Part shown: one piece after another, positions 11,246 to 25,128 of the stretch
How the letters are laid out: the number at the start of each line of letters is the position of its first letter
Position numbering within the stretch: the first letter of the stretch is position 1
The notes under the pieces: generated by a model
Seen by the model: only the letters and a program-made list of their open reading frames with translations
What the model was told of the DNA's origin: nothing
Database searches by the model: none
Assembly: GCF_018977255.1 (NCBI RefSeq)
Contig: NW_024704742.1
Coordinates: 79,300,001-79,364,000, forward strand
Length of the DNA: 64,000 bases
Origin: Callorhinchus milii
Taxonomy: Eukaryota
Direction of reading: 5' to 3'
Position numbers and translations under genes: made by a program

Positions 11246-11366
11246 CTCGCCAACATCCTGCCTGGTAAACTGTTCTAGTTGCTGATTGTCCAATGCACAA
11301 GTAAATACGTCCTGGTATCCGTATTGAATTTGCACCTTACAACCCAAAACGCTCACAACTCTTGCC
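11246..11366 (-). other. Candidate exon, Tudor-domain-like
   Basis: Acceptor gttttgtatcacag and donor GAG|gtcagt. Single open frame (R)ARVVSVLGCKVQIQYGYQDVFTCALDNQQLEQFTRQDVGE, phase 2>0. Confidence 0.45.
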
Positions 11367-13973
11367 CTGTGATACAAAACTACGGTATCACTGATCAAAG
11401 TTTGCTGGTAAGAATTACATTGTTCTAACATTTTGAATAGAAAGGAGAATGAAATATCACTGCACTGAAACATTGTCTCAGCAGAATATTGAGAGTGTAT
11501 AGTTCGTATACAATGTATTTGTATCTCGGAGTCTCTCTGACTCTTTTCTTCCCTTACTTCATTCAAGGTCTGCCTCTAAACCTAGGTTTTTGGTCGAGCT
11601 TTCAATCATCTTTCCCTTCCCCGAGCCCCTCGGCTGCCACCCCAATTTTTGGGATGTCTTTCCAACAGAAAAGGTGCTAAATAAGTGTAAATTTGTATTG
11701 TATAGTTTATATACAGAATATCTGTAAATATTTTCTGAAGGATATTGTGATAAACTTGCAGTGCAGTGTGCTGGTCTTGGCTGGTTTTGCTATGAATTTC
11801 TTGAGATAGTATCATCTTACTATTTACTTTTCAGGATTAAATACAGCAAAGAGTTGTGTTCATACCCAATGGCTATCATCAGAGTAGTGGCAGAAATGTG
11901 GAGCAACTTCACAAGCTTTCAAATTAAATATTTCATTTTTTTATTATTACTGTTTATTTTGCTCTCAATTGTATACCGATCACAACATGAAATAAATCCT
12001 TAATTATAATGAAGAGTTGTGCTTTCCCGAAAGCAGCTGTAAGGAAACAAGAATAATGACTGAATGGAGTTATCTGAAATGTACTCAATCTTGTGTTCAC
12101 TTTTCAAGATATCAATTGCTGCATGAAAATTAAGTTAACGGAATCTCTACATTATATGACTTGAGGCTATCTTAACCTACTTATGGTCTTAAGATTGTCA
12201 TTAGGCATACTTTTATATTTAACCTCAGAGGGAGAGACGGTTGCAATTGGAAACATTATGAATGATAGGATCAGGTCTTCTCTGTGATAATTCTAAATTA
12301 ATTATTTTAATAATAACTATGTGAGTCCTGATGTCATTATGTTAAAAGTCAATTGTGTTGATATTTTATATTCTCCCCCAGGGTACTTAACATGCTTTAC
12401 CTTAGCTCAAAGTTAACTAGACATATTTCACAATTCAGGTTAGCCATTGTTTTGACAGATCATCTCCAATTACGCCCTTCATGGCATTTGCCTTTAATTT
12501 TATCTTCTTGCTGTCTTCTCCCATGTTTCCATTGATAGAAACCAACTCCTTTCAATCCATCCTCTTCCAGGTAGAAAATTATCACAGTAGACTCTCCTGT
12601 CAGTCCACTCTCGATTAGGAAGCAGGAAGTGGAAGTCAAGAAATTTAAGATGGCGCTTATTATTTTTTCCTCTTCCCTTGGGAGAACAGAGCAACTCTGA
12701 AGGGAAAGATAAAATTGCTCCTTCCAAAATTAGTCAAAGTCTGACCCTGTTCATCACTCCGAAACATTACCCCACATAGAAGATGCTATATAAATGTAAG
12801 TTGTTGTCATTGAAATTGACATTCACAAGGGTGTTTGCCTACACAGAATGCACAGTCACTGTACTTTGCAGCACTTCCTACAAAATACTTTGAGATATCC
12901 TCCTGACATGAAATACAACAATTATTATTATTATTATTATTATTATTATAATTCAGCTCTTGCCATGTCTTGCTTGGTCAACCAACTCTCAATGCATAGG
13001 CTAGATTTCCTTAACAATATTGAATCTACATGTTGCTCATCATGATTTAGAAAAGTACACTGACACAATCCAGAAAAAGCCATAGCTCTTTTTCTTAAAA
13101 AGAGAAAAGATCAGACACTGCTCCTGAACAAGCTCCACCATGGTTACACACTTTGAGACACCACGTAAAGGGTACTATATAAATGCAAGCTTGTTGTTAT
13201 TGATGGACTCAATAACCTGGTACTGTTCCTATGCTCCCACATTGCATGTGCTACTGCAACTGTTTTTGTATCATTGTTTCATCCTCACTGAACCCTTCAC
13301 AACACAACACAGGTTCTACCTGCATCTACTGCACTTATTTCCTCCAGTTTGTTGCAAACAGTATCACCAAGTGGTTGGCCTTTAACTAGGACTATTGATT
13401 TCAGCTTTCAAAGGCAGAAAAATCCATCACACAGTTTCTGAGCCACCTACTAATTCCACTTTGTTGACCTCAATGTGTGTATGATACAGTGACAGGTTTC
13501 ATTCTTTTTGAACAGGAAATGACTTGATAGTTTACTCGCTGATACTTCCCCAGCATCTTACATTGATTTGGAATAGGTTTGGTAGTCCTTGCTTTTCATT
13601 AAGTAAGAAATCTCTGTATTTATTAAATACACTTCCTGGAATGTTTTATTTTAGGTAGCTATAACTTCTAGCAGGAGATTAGAAGACAGGAAGGCTTTGA
13701 TGTTTGAAACCTTATTATGTTTTGCTCAGTCAGCGTTACTAATACTCTGCAATTTTTAATGGATCCTTTCAAAATCTTATTTAAACACAGAGCGCGTTTG
13801 GAAGATTTTTAGAGATATTCCAGTGAATATTATGTAGACAGATATTGCTGACATGATGGAGTCCCTTTATTTTTAATGCATTCAGGAGAATATCTGGCGG
13901 TAATGGAGTCCTAAAACCTCAATTTGACACATTTCTCTACTCACACATATGGATAATCATTGCTAAAAATTAC

Positions 13974-14096
13974 AGCTTTGTATTGACAATAACTGATGTG
14001 ATATCCCACTGTGTATAGTCAAAATCAATTTCTCTTTTTGAGAACTGCTGGATATATTGCACACAAAAAATACTTGTTCTCCTCTTCCATGTGGAG
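13974..14096 (-). other. Candidate exon of the minus-strand model
   Basis: Acceptor ttttactggatttggtttcag and donor CT|gtaatt; 123 nt. Two frames are open, including STWKRRTSIFCVQYIQQFSKREIDFDYTQWDITSVIVNTK (phase 2>2). Confidence 0.3.
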
Positions 14097-15419
14097 CTGA
14101 AACCAAATCCAGTAAAACAATGCAGATTACTTAATGGAACAAACTCAGTCCTCACTGTTTTAATCCATTATTCTGACAGACTGTCATATTTTACTCATTG
14201 AATAAAAATAACATGAAATGATTTAGCACACAGTATCATCCAATGTAATTGTACTAGAGGTATTTCATTTATGCAATAATCTTGTATTAAATACATGCTT
14301 TGTTTTTTATTTAAAAAATTCTAATACAAAAATAATATCAAAATAAAATCTTTATAAAACTATTGGTATCCTACTTCCATGGCACAAATAATTGGCCCAT
14401 CTAAGGAAATTTTTTTAATGGTCAGATAATCTAGTAAAGTAGACCAGACCAGGCTAGCCAGCTGACCAGCTTTTAATTCTGAATGACCTCCATCTGAACT
14501 AGAGAATAATCATTAGAAAATGACCATGACCATGGTCCATTGCCAAATAGTTAGGAGTTAGGAGTCTTGAAAATAGAAAGGTGGCATCATTAATGGGCAA
14601 TGCTTGGTAATTGAAGAGCCAGGACTCACACAATTGGATGTGCTGAATGAAACCCAAATGTTATTCACTTTCATTGATTTATGGCAAATTTGCTCAGTTT
14701 TTTTGTGCTGTTATTTGCTTCCAAGATTTACTCTGCAGACATTTTCTTGCCCCTACTCTCTGGAATTTCATCCCGTTCGACTCGCTCCCTCCCTCATCTT
14801 GTTGAGGTGTCCAGCGAGCAATGTTAAGTGCCTTGGGATGTACTCCCGACATGAAATGCACTAAATAAATGTAAATTTATATTGTATTGCTTGTGTACTC
14901 TAATGGCAGTTCACACATCTAATGTCATCTGGATGATGGTACAAAGTCCATGCGTGTGCAGAACATTGCCAGGTCAACATGTTCCAACTTCATAATTTTT
15001 CACGATCAAGTTGAATCTAATGCTTGTGGAGAAAACAGAATATGTGATTCAGAGTCAAGCGTTAGGAAATCTGGAGCCAGGAAAACAGGTCATTTTCCAA
15101 TACTGGTTGTCCCCAGAGACCAACTTGCTGTGCTAAAATAATTCTTGTGTTTGATATAACACAAATAACATTGGAGCATCTCAACAAACTTTTCAGATAA
15201 TTGCTGTCAAATGCAGTAACTATCAATTTGCAAAGCAGTCTTTCACAAAGTCAGGAGGTGAATCTTCATGCCTGGGATACCAGGAGAATATCCCTTCTAT
15301 TTTCAAATGGTGTCTTGGAGTCATTACTTTGCCCAGTGGGCAAACAGGAAACTCAGTTTAATAGTTTAGCCAGAGATAATGCATGAACAAAGCATCACCA
15401 CTCGAACAATTGCATTCAC

Positions 15420-15650
15420 AAGATCACAAGAGATCACTTCTTCTGAACAGAAGAAGAAGTCCCTTTGGCCCATTTGATTTCATCATTCCAGAATACATGT
15501 CCTACCATCTTCCCATCATAGCAACAAGCTGATTGTTTTTTAACAAATCCAGTGATATCTGGCCTCAACCACCCTTCCTGACAAATAGTTCCAGTCATCC
15601 AGATAAAGAAATACTTCCTAGTGTCTGTCCTAAAATTGCTTCATTCTAAT
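15420..15650 (-). mobile_element. CR1 LINE 3' end
   Basis: Inverted (cttgtgat)n tail (cacaagatcacaagagatcac) and homology to 2280-2455. Confidence 0.6.
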
Positions 15651-15699
15651 GCTATTTCTTTTTATTCCAGCATTGGATGTAATTCACTGTGGAAGCTGA

Positions 15700-15990
15700 C
15701 AAATTTATATTAATTTAGAACTTTTCACTTCGGGAAAATATCTGAAATCACATCACAGTACTGGATGGGTACTGGAGCTGGTGTTAGGAGTTCAGAGGGA
15801 GAGGGATGGGAAAGATGACTTGGTCAAAGAGGGTTTGAGATGTGATTTGAAAAAGGGGAGGGAGGGAATGAATTGGAGGGACTCCAGGATGAAATTCCAG
15901 AAATGGGCTGAGAACACACCCGCCGATGGTGAGGCAGATAGAATGGAGGACATAAAGCATGCCAGTGTTCACTGAGTAATGCATAATCTG
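15700..15990 (-). mobile_element. Degenerate L2 3' end
   Basis: Purine-rich inverted L2 3' region (ggtcaaagagggtttgagatgtgatttgaaa...gaaattccaga). Confidence 0.6.
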
Positions 15991-17979
15991 ATTCTGAAAG
16001 GTTCTCAAAAACATTTGGCATTGGGAATATTGAACACTTCTCAGTGTGAGTTATTTGTGGAGACAGGGCTGTCAAATTTGGGACACTGCAATGAAAAGAC
16101 AGCATACAATTCTTCCAGAAAATAATGTAAAGTGCTTTGCATCGTTTCAGCATAATAAGGCAGTATAAAAATACAAATACTTTCTTTACCCAAGTAATCT
16201 TTTCATACCATCTCCCTACCACCACCACCACTCCCCTCCCCACCACCCCCAACCAAACTAACACATTCCTTGATACTCAGAATAGAGTTAGTCATACAAT
16301 TTTACATAAAAAGCAGGCTAGAAGATTGCCGTAGTAAATTTTATAGTTCCAAACATGTTCCTATTCACTACTGAGGCTAAGTTCTTAACAAACTGCAGGT
16401 CCCTGTGACTCAAGGATTTCAGCCTCTGTTACCTGTTCAAAGGTAATAGTTTTTCATCTTTAGAAGGATTGAATCCCAGTTTCAAAGAAACAGCATACTC
16501 AGTACCACAGTCATTCTGAGATGGCTCATTGAAGGATTAAGTGAATCAACTGATGCACATACTGTAGATTAATATTAATACATAGTGTCGCAGTTCCTAC
16601 AGTTTCACCCAAGGGAAGGTTAATTGAACTCCAATTTTTGACAAGTGACGTCATTTAACCAAAGTTTCAAGGTTAAAGCAACACAAACAAAATCCTTTTC
16701 ACATGACAGCACCGTGCAGTGGAACAAACAGGAGCTCCATGGAAAGAAGAGGCCTTTCATCCAAAAGGCTGAGCACTACGGTGAATCATCTGTCATTTCT
16801 TTTTGACAAGCTGTAGCTTGGGAACAGAGATTTATCAAACATTGAAGCTTCAAATGGGAAAAACTGAGCATTATATGTACATTAATCTATCTTCATATTG
16901 AACAACATATCTGCGAGAGGGACCTATGTAACATAGAGAACAATTTCACAGCTATAGACAATTATATTCTGAATACCTTTCTTGACTGGATATTTTGTGT
17001 TGTCTTTACAGGCTACAGTGTTTTAAAAAGAGTAATTTCCAAACCATAATATAGCAGTGCAGTGCAGCAGTTAATGTGAAAATTGTTTTAACTTACAGTT
17101 TAAGATAGTATAGGTTTGTGGTAATTTCTTAAGATCAGTCTTAATTTGGAAGCTAGTTTTTTGCCATTCTATTTTAGTGCTGCAGGTTCTATTTCATTCC
17201 CTACGGTACATGCAATCTGACTGAAACAGGAGGGGAAAAACTTTGAGCTGATTACAGACAGAGTGCAACAAAATGCCCACTTCCAGGCTGTCAAGATAGC
17301 TCTCTGCATCACTTCTTGCGCAATGCATAGGAAACACCACTGATGACACGTCTTGTGTAAAGTAATGTCAATGGTACCTCCTGCTAAAAAGACATAAGCA
17401 GGAAGTGACACCAGCAATTCTTCCTGCACAAAGTGCGCATATGCACATCGTACAGAAAGTGATGTCAGCAGTGATCAGTCAGCCAATTTACAGTATAACT
17501 GTAAGGAGTCTGTATTTGAGTTTCTGTTAAACCTGGTTGGAGCAGAGTTCACTACATATTATACTGTAGTATGCCAAATTGAGAAGAAAATAGGGCGGAT
17601 ATTCGGGAAGGATGAGTCTTGAAGGGCCTTCTTCATCCAAACAAATCTTGTAATTTTGTGATTAGAAAATTAGCTCCCAATAATATTCACGCGATCACAA
17701 AACACAAGATTTGTTTGAATGAAGAAGGTCCTCCTTCAACCTATCCATAACACACATACTACCACCCATACCCCCACTCCACTCACATCACAGCATTCAA
17801 ATGCTTTTAAATGAGTTCAGTGTCCTGCCTCAACCCTCTTCCTGGCAAACTGTTCCAGTCATGAATTATATTCCTGCAGACAGAACCCCTACCTATTCCA
17901 ATAAGATACATGGCTGATAGAATCACACAATCAGTAAGTTCAGAGGATATGATTTGATATTGCTCAGCAGGTTATTCAC

Positions 17980-18117
17980 CCTATGTTTTCCTGGAATAAA
18001 GTAACCACCATATTGAAAATACTTTGGTACAGACAAAAGGTAAAATCAGTGCATGGATAATCTTGCACCAAAATACCATACATCAGACGATGAATCATAG
18101 AGTTGTGTTTATCAATC
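17980..18117 (-). other. Candidate exon of the minus-strand model (weak sites)
   Basis: Single open frame IDKHNSMIHRLMYGILVQDYPCTDFTFCLYQSIFNMVVTLFQENI, phase 2>2. Donor GG|gtgaat; weak acceptor. Confidence 0.22.
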
Positions 18118-18594
18118 CTGGCTTTATATACAGGTAAAATAATTAAAAAAATTAGAAACCTGAGGGAATGTTTTCCATTCAATCAAAATGAAGTTATTTT
18201 GAATTCTGTTCAATGGACACTTTCCAATTTCTGTCTTTTTTTTTGTTTTCACATAGAATCATGGAACTAAAGCTGCTTCCTTGCTCTGTGAGTGACCGCT
18301 TGAAAACCTGCTAAGAAAATTGGTAAATTTCCATTCCCCATCTCATTTACAAGATGGAACCTGAGAAAGCACTGTAAGTGACAGACTAGATTATAGGACC
18401 AGGATACCTGCATTGCAAATACCTCAATAACAACAACTCGCATTTATATAGTGACCTTCATGTCGGACAATGTCTTGGAGCGCTTAATATAAGCGCTCCG
18501 TTTATATTAAGCACTCAATATAAGAGACTTGTCTTAATATAAGAGACAAGATAGTTTGTGTGTGTTAGCAGACATCTGTGCTCGGGAAGAAAAT

Positions 18595-18900
18595 AAAAAT
18601 AATAATTCTTACATTTGGTATAGTGCCTTTCATGTCGGTTGGATGACCCACAGGGCTTGACAGGATATACTGTAAAGTAGAATGACCTTGTATTTAGTGG
18701 GTTATCGAAGCAGCCAAGTTGCACGCAGCAATGTCCCACGAACAGCCATGAAGGGCCAGACTAATTTTGTTTGGGGGATTGTTGACCAGAACACCTGGAG
18801 AAACTCCCTTCCTTTTTCAAATCGCGCCCTTGGCTATTTAACATCCACGAAAACAGGCAGACACAGCCTCGGTTTAACATCTCATTCAAGGATAGATAGC
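18595..18900 (-). mobile_element. Deu-domain SINE, 3' two-thirds
   Basis: Inverted tail plus Deu core (cctcggtttaacatctcattcaagg). Confidence 0.75.
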
Positions 18901-18904
18901 ATCA

Positions 18905-19400
18905 TGTCTTATCCTGCACCAGGTTCTGCGACCCTATCACCCCCATCCTCACCCACTCCACTGTCTTCCCATCACCCAGAAGATACAGTTCAAGATCCTG
19001 GTCCTCACTTTCAAAGCTCTCCATGACCTCACTTCCCCCTACCTCTGCGACCTCCTAATCCCCTACCAACCTGCCTGCTCCCTCCGCTCAGCAGGCTCCG
19101 GCCTGCTTCAGATCCCCCACCTCGACCGCCCCACCATTGGCGGATGGGCCTTCAGCCATTCCGCCCCCCACCCTCTGGAAGTCCATCCTGCAGTCCCTCC
19201 ACCTCACCCCCTCCCTTGCTCCTTCAAGACCTGTCTCAAGGCCCTCCTCTTTGACCGTGTCTTCAGTCATCCTCCTACCCCCTTGTCCTCCACCCTCCTC
19301 GATCCCGAACCCTAGCTCGGGTCCGAAACACTGACTGTCCAGCGCCTTGGAATGTCCTCCCAACCTGAAAGGTGCTACACAATGTCATTTTGTTGTTGTT
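18905..19400 (+). mobile_element. L2 LINE 3' fragment
   Basis: Colinear with 9950-10447; (TTG)n tail. Confidence 0.85.
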
Positions 19401-20226
19401 CGTGTATAATTCATTTTGACTCAGATGCCACATTTTCTACGCTATTTCCATGCTTTTGTGCTGAAGATATATCGACAGTCTAGTTAAGTATTAAAAGATG
19501 TCATTTTTCATAGTATATTGCATTTCCTTGGTCAATTCTTGTCTTCGATTTTTAAAAGAAAAAGCACATTTAAAATTCATCTTCTATAATGCTAAAATAT
19601 CAATCAAACACTTGAAAGTAATTAATGATTATAAGGCATCGACCAAGCCGCAAGAGGAACCAGTGATTGTTAAGCAAATGATAGATATTAGCTTTTAAGA
19701 AAAACAGAAAAAAAATACTTTGAATAAACCAATTACCATTGCACATTAGTGTCACAGCTTTCAGAATGACACACGCCATCAAGCATCAATTACTGGCCTA
19801 AGCGTACTGAATTAAGAAGTATTCATTCTTGCACAGCCTTCCTTCCATGACCACATACTTTACAGGGTATTTTCTGCTTAGTTGACTTCCATAACACAGT
19901 TTTTGCTAAAGAATAACATTTTTCTTTGTATTCTTAAAGATTGAAGAACATATGTCCATCACGAATATATGTCGTATCCCAAACTGGATATTGTATTCCA
20001 AGATACTATTCTCTAACAAAAATCTATCTAATTTGTTCTTGAAAGAATCAGAGATTAGCATGTGACCCTTTCTCTCAACATTTCATTCATCTCAACACCA
20101 AGAATGTGATGTTAAACTTGTGGTTTCAGTGACACATCATATCCTTGCCCATATGTTGAAAATTAAAGCTGATTCTACACAAGTACTGCATTGGGTCACT
20201 GCTGTTGTTCAACTGTTACAGATTAT

Positions 20227-20592
20227 ATAATAATATAAAAATAATTCTTGTATTTGATATAGCGCCTTATCATGTCGTAGAGACGTCTCAAAGTGCTTCA
20301 CAGAATATACTGTAAAGTGAATTGACTGTAAGTTTTGTGGATGAAACGCAGCAGCCAATTGTGCACAGCAGTGTCCCACAAACAGTTGTGGATTAAGTGA
20401 CCCATTTATTATATTTCTTGAAGGAATTATTACCCCCAGAAAAGCGATCCGCCAATAGACTAAAAACCAGGTTCCTACTTACAGCTAGGTAAACAGAGGC
20501 GTGTGCAGTAAGGAAACTTGCCTAATGTTTTTCCCTGCCCAAGTCCTCTCGCTTACAGTCAGAGTACTCTTAACTATTAAGCTACAGGAATC
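20227..20592 (-). mobile_element. Long-variant tRNA SINE
   Basis: Head, extra ~65-bp internal segment and shared tail are all present. Confidence 0.88.
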
Positions 20593-22284
20593 GTGTATGA
20601 AAGGAAGCCCTAAGATCCGTATCGCAGTCCAATAAATGTTGACGACTTAGGTGGGCACAGACATTAGAAAGTTAACCAAATTGAGCCAGCTTCCAACTGA
20701 ACACACCTGAATTTTAAAATTGCATAAAATTATGGACTTTTTTTTAAATTCAACCTTAATGTCGAATCCAGTTGTCCGCAGTTCTTTAAAAGACCACATG
20801 TATCTGTTCACTTTAACATTGAACTTAAGCATTTCTTACAATGTTGCATAATCTCACATTTTAAGACAAAATGGTATTTACAGGCTAAGACTAAGTGGAA
20901 TTTCATGCTCCAGTTTTCCTTATATATTTCTACATGCATTGAAGGTGTTCAGTCAAGCTGAAAATCTTATGAACAATGTTTATCACATGCTAGGTTTAAA
21001 CGCCTTAGGACATACTCCCGACATAAAAGGCACTGTATGAATGTGAAGTGATATTGTATTGTAAGTCAATAATTTTAATGGAAGGTAAAACAAAAGACCC
21101 TCCCCAACAAGTAATAATAATTAGGTTGCAGGAATAAATAGTTAATTGTTGGAATTTTTTGATGAGGCTGTAAATCCTGAAATGCAAAGGGCTTTTCCAT
21201 TGAATGTGAGGATGCCAGTAATGTGCGAGTGATGGTGCAACAATCAATACATTGTGTGAGTTAGTTACTAAATGTGCTCAAATAGCTCATGGCATTAAAG
21301 TGGCAGAAGCGCTCGGGGAGATGGATGGTTGAGGTGGGAAAATGGAAATTTGTTCTCAGTTTGTGATGTGATCTGGAATCTGAGATGAGATTATTACCTT
21401 GGAATAATTCGCAGACATCCCAAAAAACTACTGTATTTAGGAAAGATCAATTCAAGCTAATGGCTCTTCAGTGACTTATTCACTGTACTCTTGTGATTTT
21501 TTTAACAAACAGCAAAGATCTCAGGGGACTGGTTTCAGCAATATACCTTTTCTGGACCTGGATCTGAATTCAGCACAGACTAAGCCTAATGGAATAGAAG
21601 TTTCATCTGTCTCACTTGAACCACACTTCAAATTAAATAAATTTGATCCCATTGATATGTAATTATCATTGACTAGTGATAAGAGCAAAGAGCTAAAGCC
21701 TCTTTACTTATCTACAGATCCTCAAAATGGTCTGCAAAGTGCTTGCATCATGTACCTTCCTTAATATAGGACTTCACTCACTGACCAGTGATATAGCAGT
21801 GACTATAATTCTGGATATTGTGATTAAAAACCAATGAAGAGCATCTATTACTTTTGGTGGAAATTAAGGGTATATGCTTATACAAGGCACACATTACAGC
21901 TATTTTGACATGTGGTTTGCACATGCTTACATATGATGTATTAGCATGGACTACCCAGAAACAAAGGTAACTACAAATTATTCACAGCATCTGAGATAAC
22001 AAGCAGGATTCTTCTTTTTTCCTTTATGATTTTATTCATCTATATTCTCCCATCATCCTGCAGACAGTTGACTCCCATTTTCTGATCACCCCCAGCACCT
22101 TACTCAAGTCACCAATATTCATGTGTAGGTCTTAAGAGTGAATATTAATGTGTTATTTGACTGGGAACATTGCAGCTGAGTCTAATTCAGTTACCCACAC
22201 ATAAGTACCTCCAGAATTGATGGATAGCGAACAGAAGCTGTTTTTTCCCCATCTCCCGTCAAGACCTTTAGGCTAACTGTAACA

Positions 22285-22730
22285 TGGCTGGACAGCACAG
22301 CCAGTCTGGTTCATCAGCAGGATTTGGAAGGCCAGACCAGTCACTGGGGCAGGGAATCATCACACTCAGCTCCTGTTAATTCTGAAAGTCCTACTTGGAC
22401 AAGCAGCGGGAAAGCTTACCAAACAGCAATATCAATGGCAAGTTATTCATTTTTAGCTGGACACTCTGGGGTCACCAAGCCTCGGCTCTTGCCAGGCTGC
22501 TCCTATTAGGTAACAACAACAACAAATTAAATTTGTAAAGAGTCTTTCATGTCGAAAGGACATCCCAATGCACTGGCAAGGTAAGCAGGATGTGTCTTTC
22601 CAGGGAGAGAGTGTACATTCCACTCCAATAATCTATCTCTGGTATTTCTATGTGTGGTTAGGACGCATGGAAATCTCAGCTTGGTTTGGATACTCTTAAA
22701 CATGGTGAAAGGAAAAGGGAAAAAAATGAA
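22285..22730 (+). mobile_element. Unclassified ancient SINE-like repeat (3' part) with an inverted L2 tail inserted at ~22511-22580
   Basis: Colinear with 52460-52810 and with inverted 2910-3610; ends in a purine/A-rich run. Confidence 0.6.
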
Positions 22731-23194
22731 AGTAACACTGGCAGGATATAATGATCCTCACATTTGGTATAGCACCTTATCAGAGGATTGAAATGCTTCA
22801 AGCACTCTGCAGGAATTTTGCTGCATAGGGACTGCATATTTGCAGGCAAATGGTAGCCAATTCATAATGGCCGACATAGAGCCATCAAGTATATTTGAAA
22901 GATTGTAAAGATGTTGGGAAAAACTTCCTTCTCTTTCCTAATAGTGCCATGGGATTTTCAAAGTGCATTCGAAGAGGCAAATGGAATCTTGGTTTAACTC
23001 ATGTGAAGGACTGCACCTTTATCATGTAATAATAATCCTTGCATTTAATATAGCACTTTATCACATTATTGAGATGTCTCAAAGTGCTTCAAAGAATATA
23101 TTGTAAAATGGACCTTGACAATAAAGGGTTGGAGGAAGGGTAAGAAAGTAACTAGTAAGTCTGCTCTGTGATACCTCTCAAAGTTTTGCCATTC

Positions 23195-24652
23195 TCAAAC
23201 TACCGCCCCATCGCCAACCTCCGTTTCCTCTCCAAGGTCCGGGAATGAGTTGTTGCTTCCCAGCTTCACTCCTTCCACTCCCGCCATTCACTTCACGAAC
23301 CCCTCCAATCGGGTTTCTGTGCCAACCACAGCACAGAAACAGCCCTGGTCAAAGGGACAAATAACATTCTGTCCATCTGTGACCAGGGCTGCCTCTGCCT
23401 CCTCATCCTTCTTGACCTCACTGCTGCCTTCGACATTGTCAACCACTGTAGTCTCATCCACCACCTCTCTTCTCACCTCAACCTTCACGGTTCTGTCCTT
23501 GAATGGTTCAGATTATACCTCGCATACCGCTTCCGCTTCATCTCCACAAAGTTTCTCCTCTAACCCCCACACCATCTCGTGCGGTGTTTCTCAGGACTTC
23601 ATCCTTGGTCCCATCCTCTTCATTATCTATATGTTCCCTCTTGGTGACATCATCCACAGACATGGGGTCAATTTCCACATGTATGCGGATGACACCTAAC
23701 TCTACCTCTCTGCCTCCACCCTTGACTCCAGGACTGCTGTCCTGACAGAATGTCTGTCAGACATCAAGTCCTGGATGAGAGGTTACTTTCTTCAGTTGAA
23801 CGTCAAGAATACCGAGGCTCTCCTGATTGGCTCCCGTCAGCACCTCCACACCTCTGGCGCTGACAACATTAACATCCATGGTTGCACACTCCACCATGCT
23901 AAGCCAGTCCGGAACCTTGGTATCTTGTTTGACCCTCAGCTATCCTTTCTACCCCACATCTATGCCATGACTTGCTCTGTCTTCCTCCAACTCCGCAACA
24001 TTGCCCGGCTTTGCCACTGTCTCACCCCAGAGGCTGCCAAAACCCTCATACACGCCTCATCAAGGCTTGACTATGCAAACCCATTACTTTTCGGCCTCCC
24101 CAACTCCTCCCTCCATAGGTTGCAGTTTATTTAGAACTCTGCATCCCATGCCCTCTCCCGCTCCAGGCTCCATGACCCTATCACCCCCATCTTTGCCCAA
24201 CTCCATTAGCTTCCCATCACACAGAGGATTAAATTCAAGATCCTGGTCCTCACCTTCAATGTCCTCCATGATCTTGCTCACCCCTACCGCTGAGATTTCC
24301 TAACCCACTACCATCCTGCTCGCTCCCTCCACTCAGGAGTGCCAGCCTGCTTCAAGTCCCCTGCCTCACTCACCCCATTATTCACGGGCAGATCTTCTGC
24401 CACTCTGTCTCCACCCTCTGGAACTTCATCTCGCAGTCGCTCCTCATCGTCCCCTCCCTTGCCTCTTTCAAAACACATCTCAAGACCCTTCTCTTCGACT
24501 GTGTATTCGATCCTCCTGCTTACCCCCCTGCCCTCTACCCTCCCCAATCCTGACCCCCAGCTCAAGTCCGAAATTCTGTCTGTCCAGCACCTTGGGATGT
24601 CCTCCTGTTGTGAAAAGCTGTATAAAAAATGTAATTTTGTTGCAGTTGTATT
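23195..24652 (+). mobile_element. 5'-truncated L2 LINE with degenerate RT domain
   Basis: YRPIANL.FLSK, LDLTAAFD, GVSQDFILGPILF, FHMYADDT motifs with stops and frameshifts; intact 3' UTR and tail. Confidence 0.92.
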
Positions 24653-25128
24653 TGGCAAGATCTAAAATAATATCTCTGCTGCTATTTTCAGTTTTCTCAA
24701 TGGATCTGTTGAAATTGCTCTGGACAGTTGTTGAAAGAGTTAATGCTGGGTAAGTGGGGGGGGGGGGGGGGGTGATTCTACACATGTTCAGCTGCCTGAG
24801 ATATTATGGGGAAGACAGACATCTTCCCTAGCACAGTTCCATGAGTGAGAAGAGGCACAGTCTCTTGTCACTGGTTGTCAATACTAGGGCCTCTGTAGTT
24901 AATTACAAAGATTTATTAACCCCACTGAGCAAGTAATATTTTATTACCTCTTGGGAGTGCACTATTCTGTTCATATTTCATACCCTCAGAAGCAGTGCCT
25001 CCTTGTGCTGAGCCTTACATCACTAAACCTCTCCCAGTCCTCTCATCTCCTGCACAGTAGCTTTGAACATTGGAAATTATAAAAAATATTAAACACATTT
25101 TTATAGGGTCAGTAAACAACAACAACTT

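Noticed and set aside
17626..17728. ~36-bp inverted repeat with short spacer
   Set aside because: Explained by two CR1 3' termini lying tail-to-tail.
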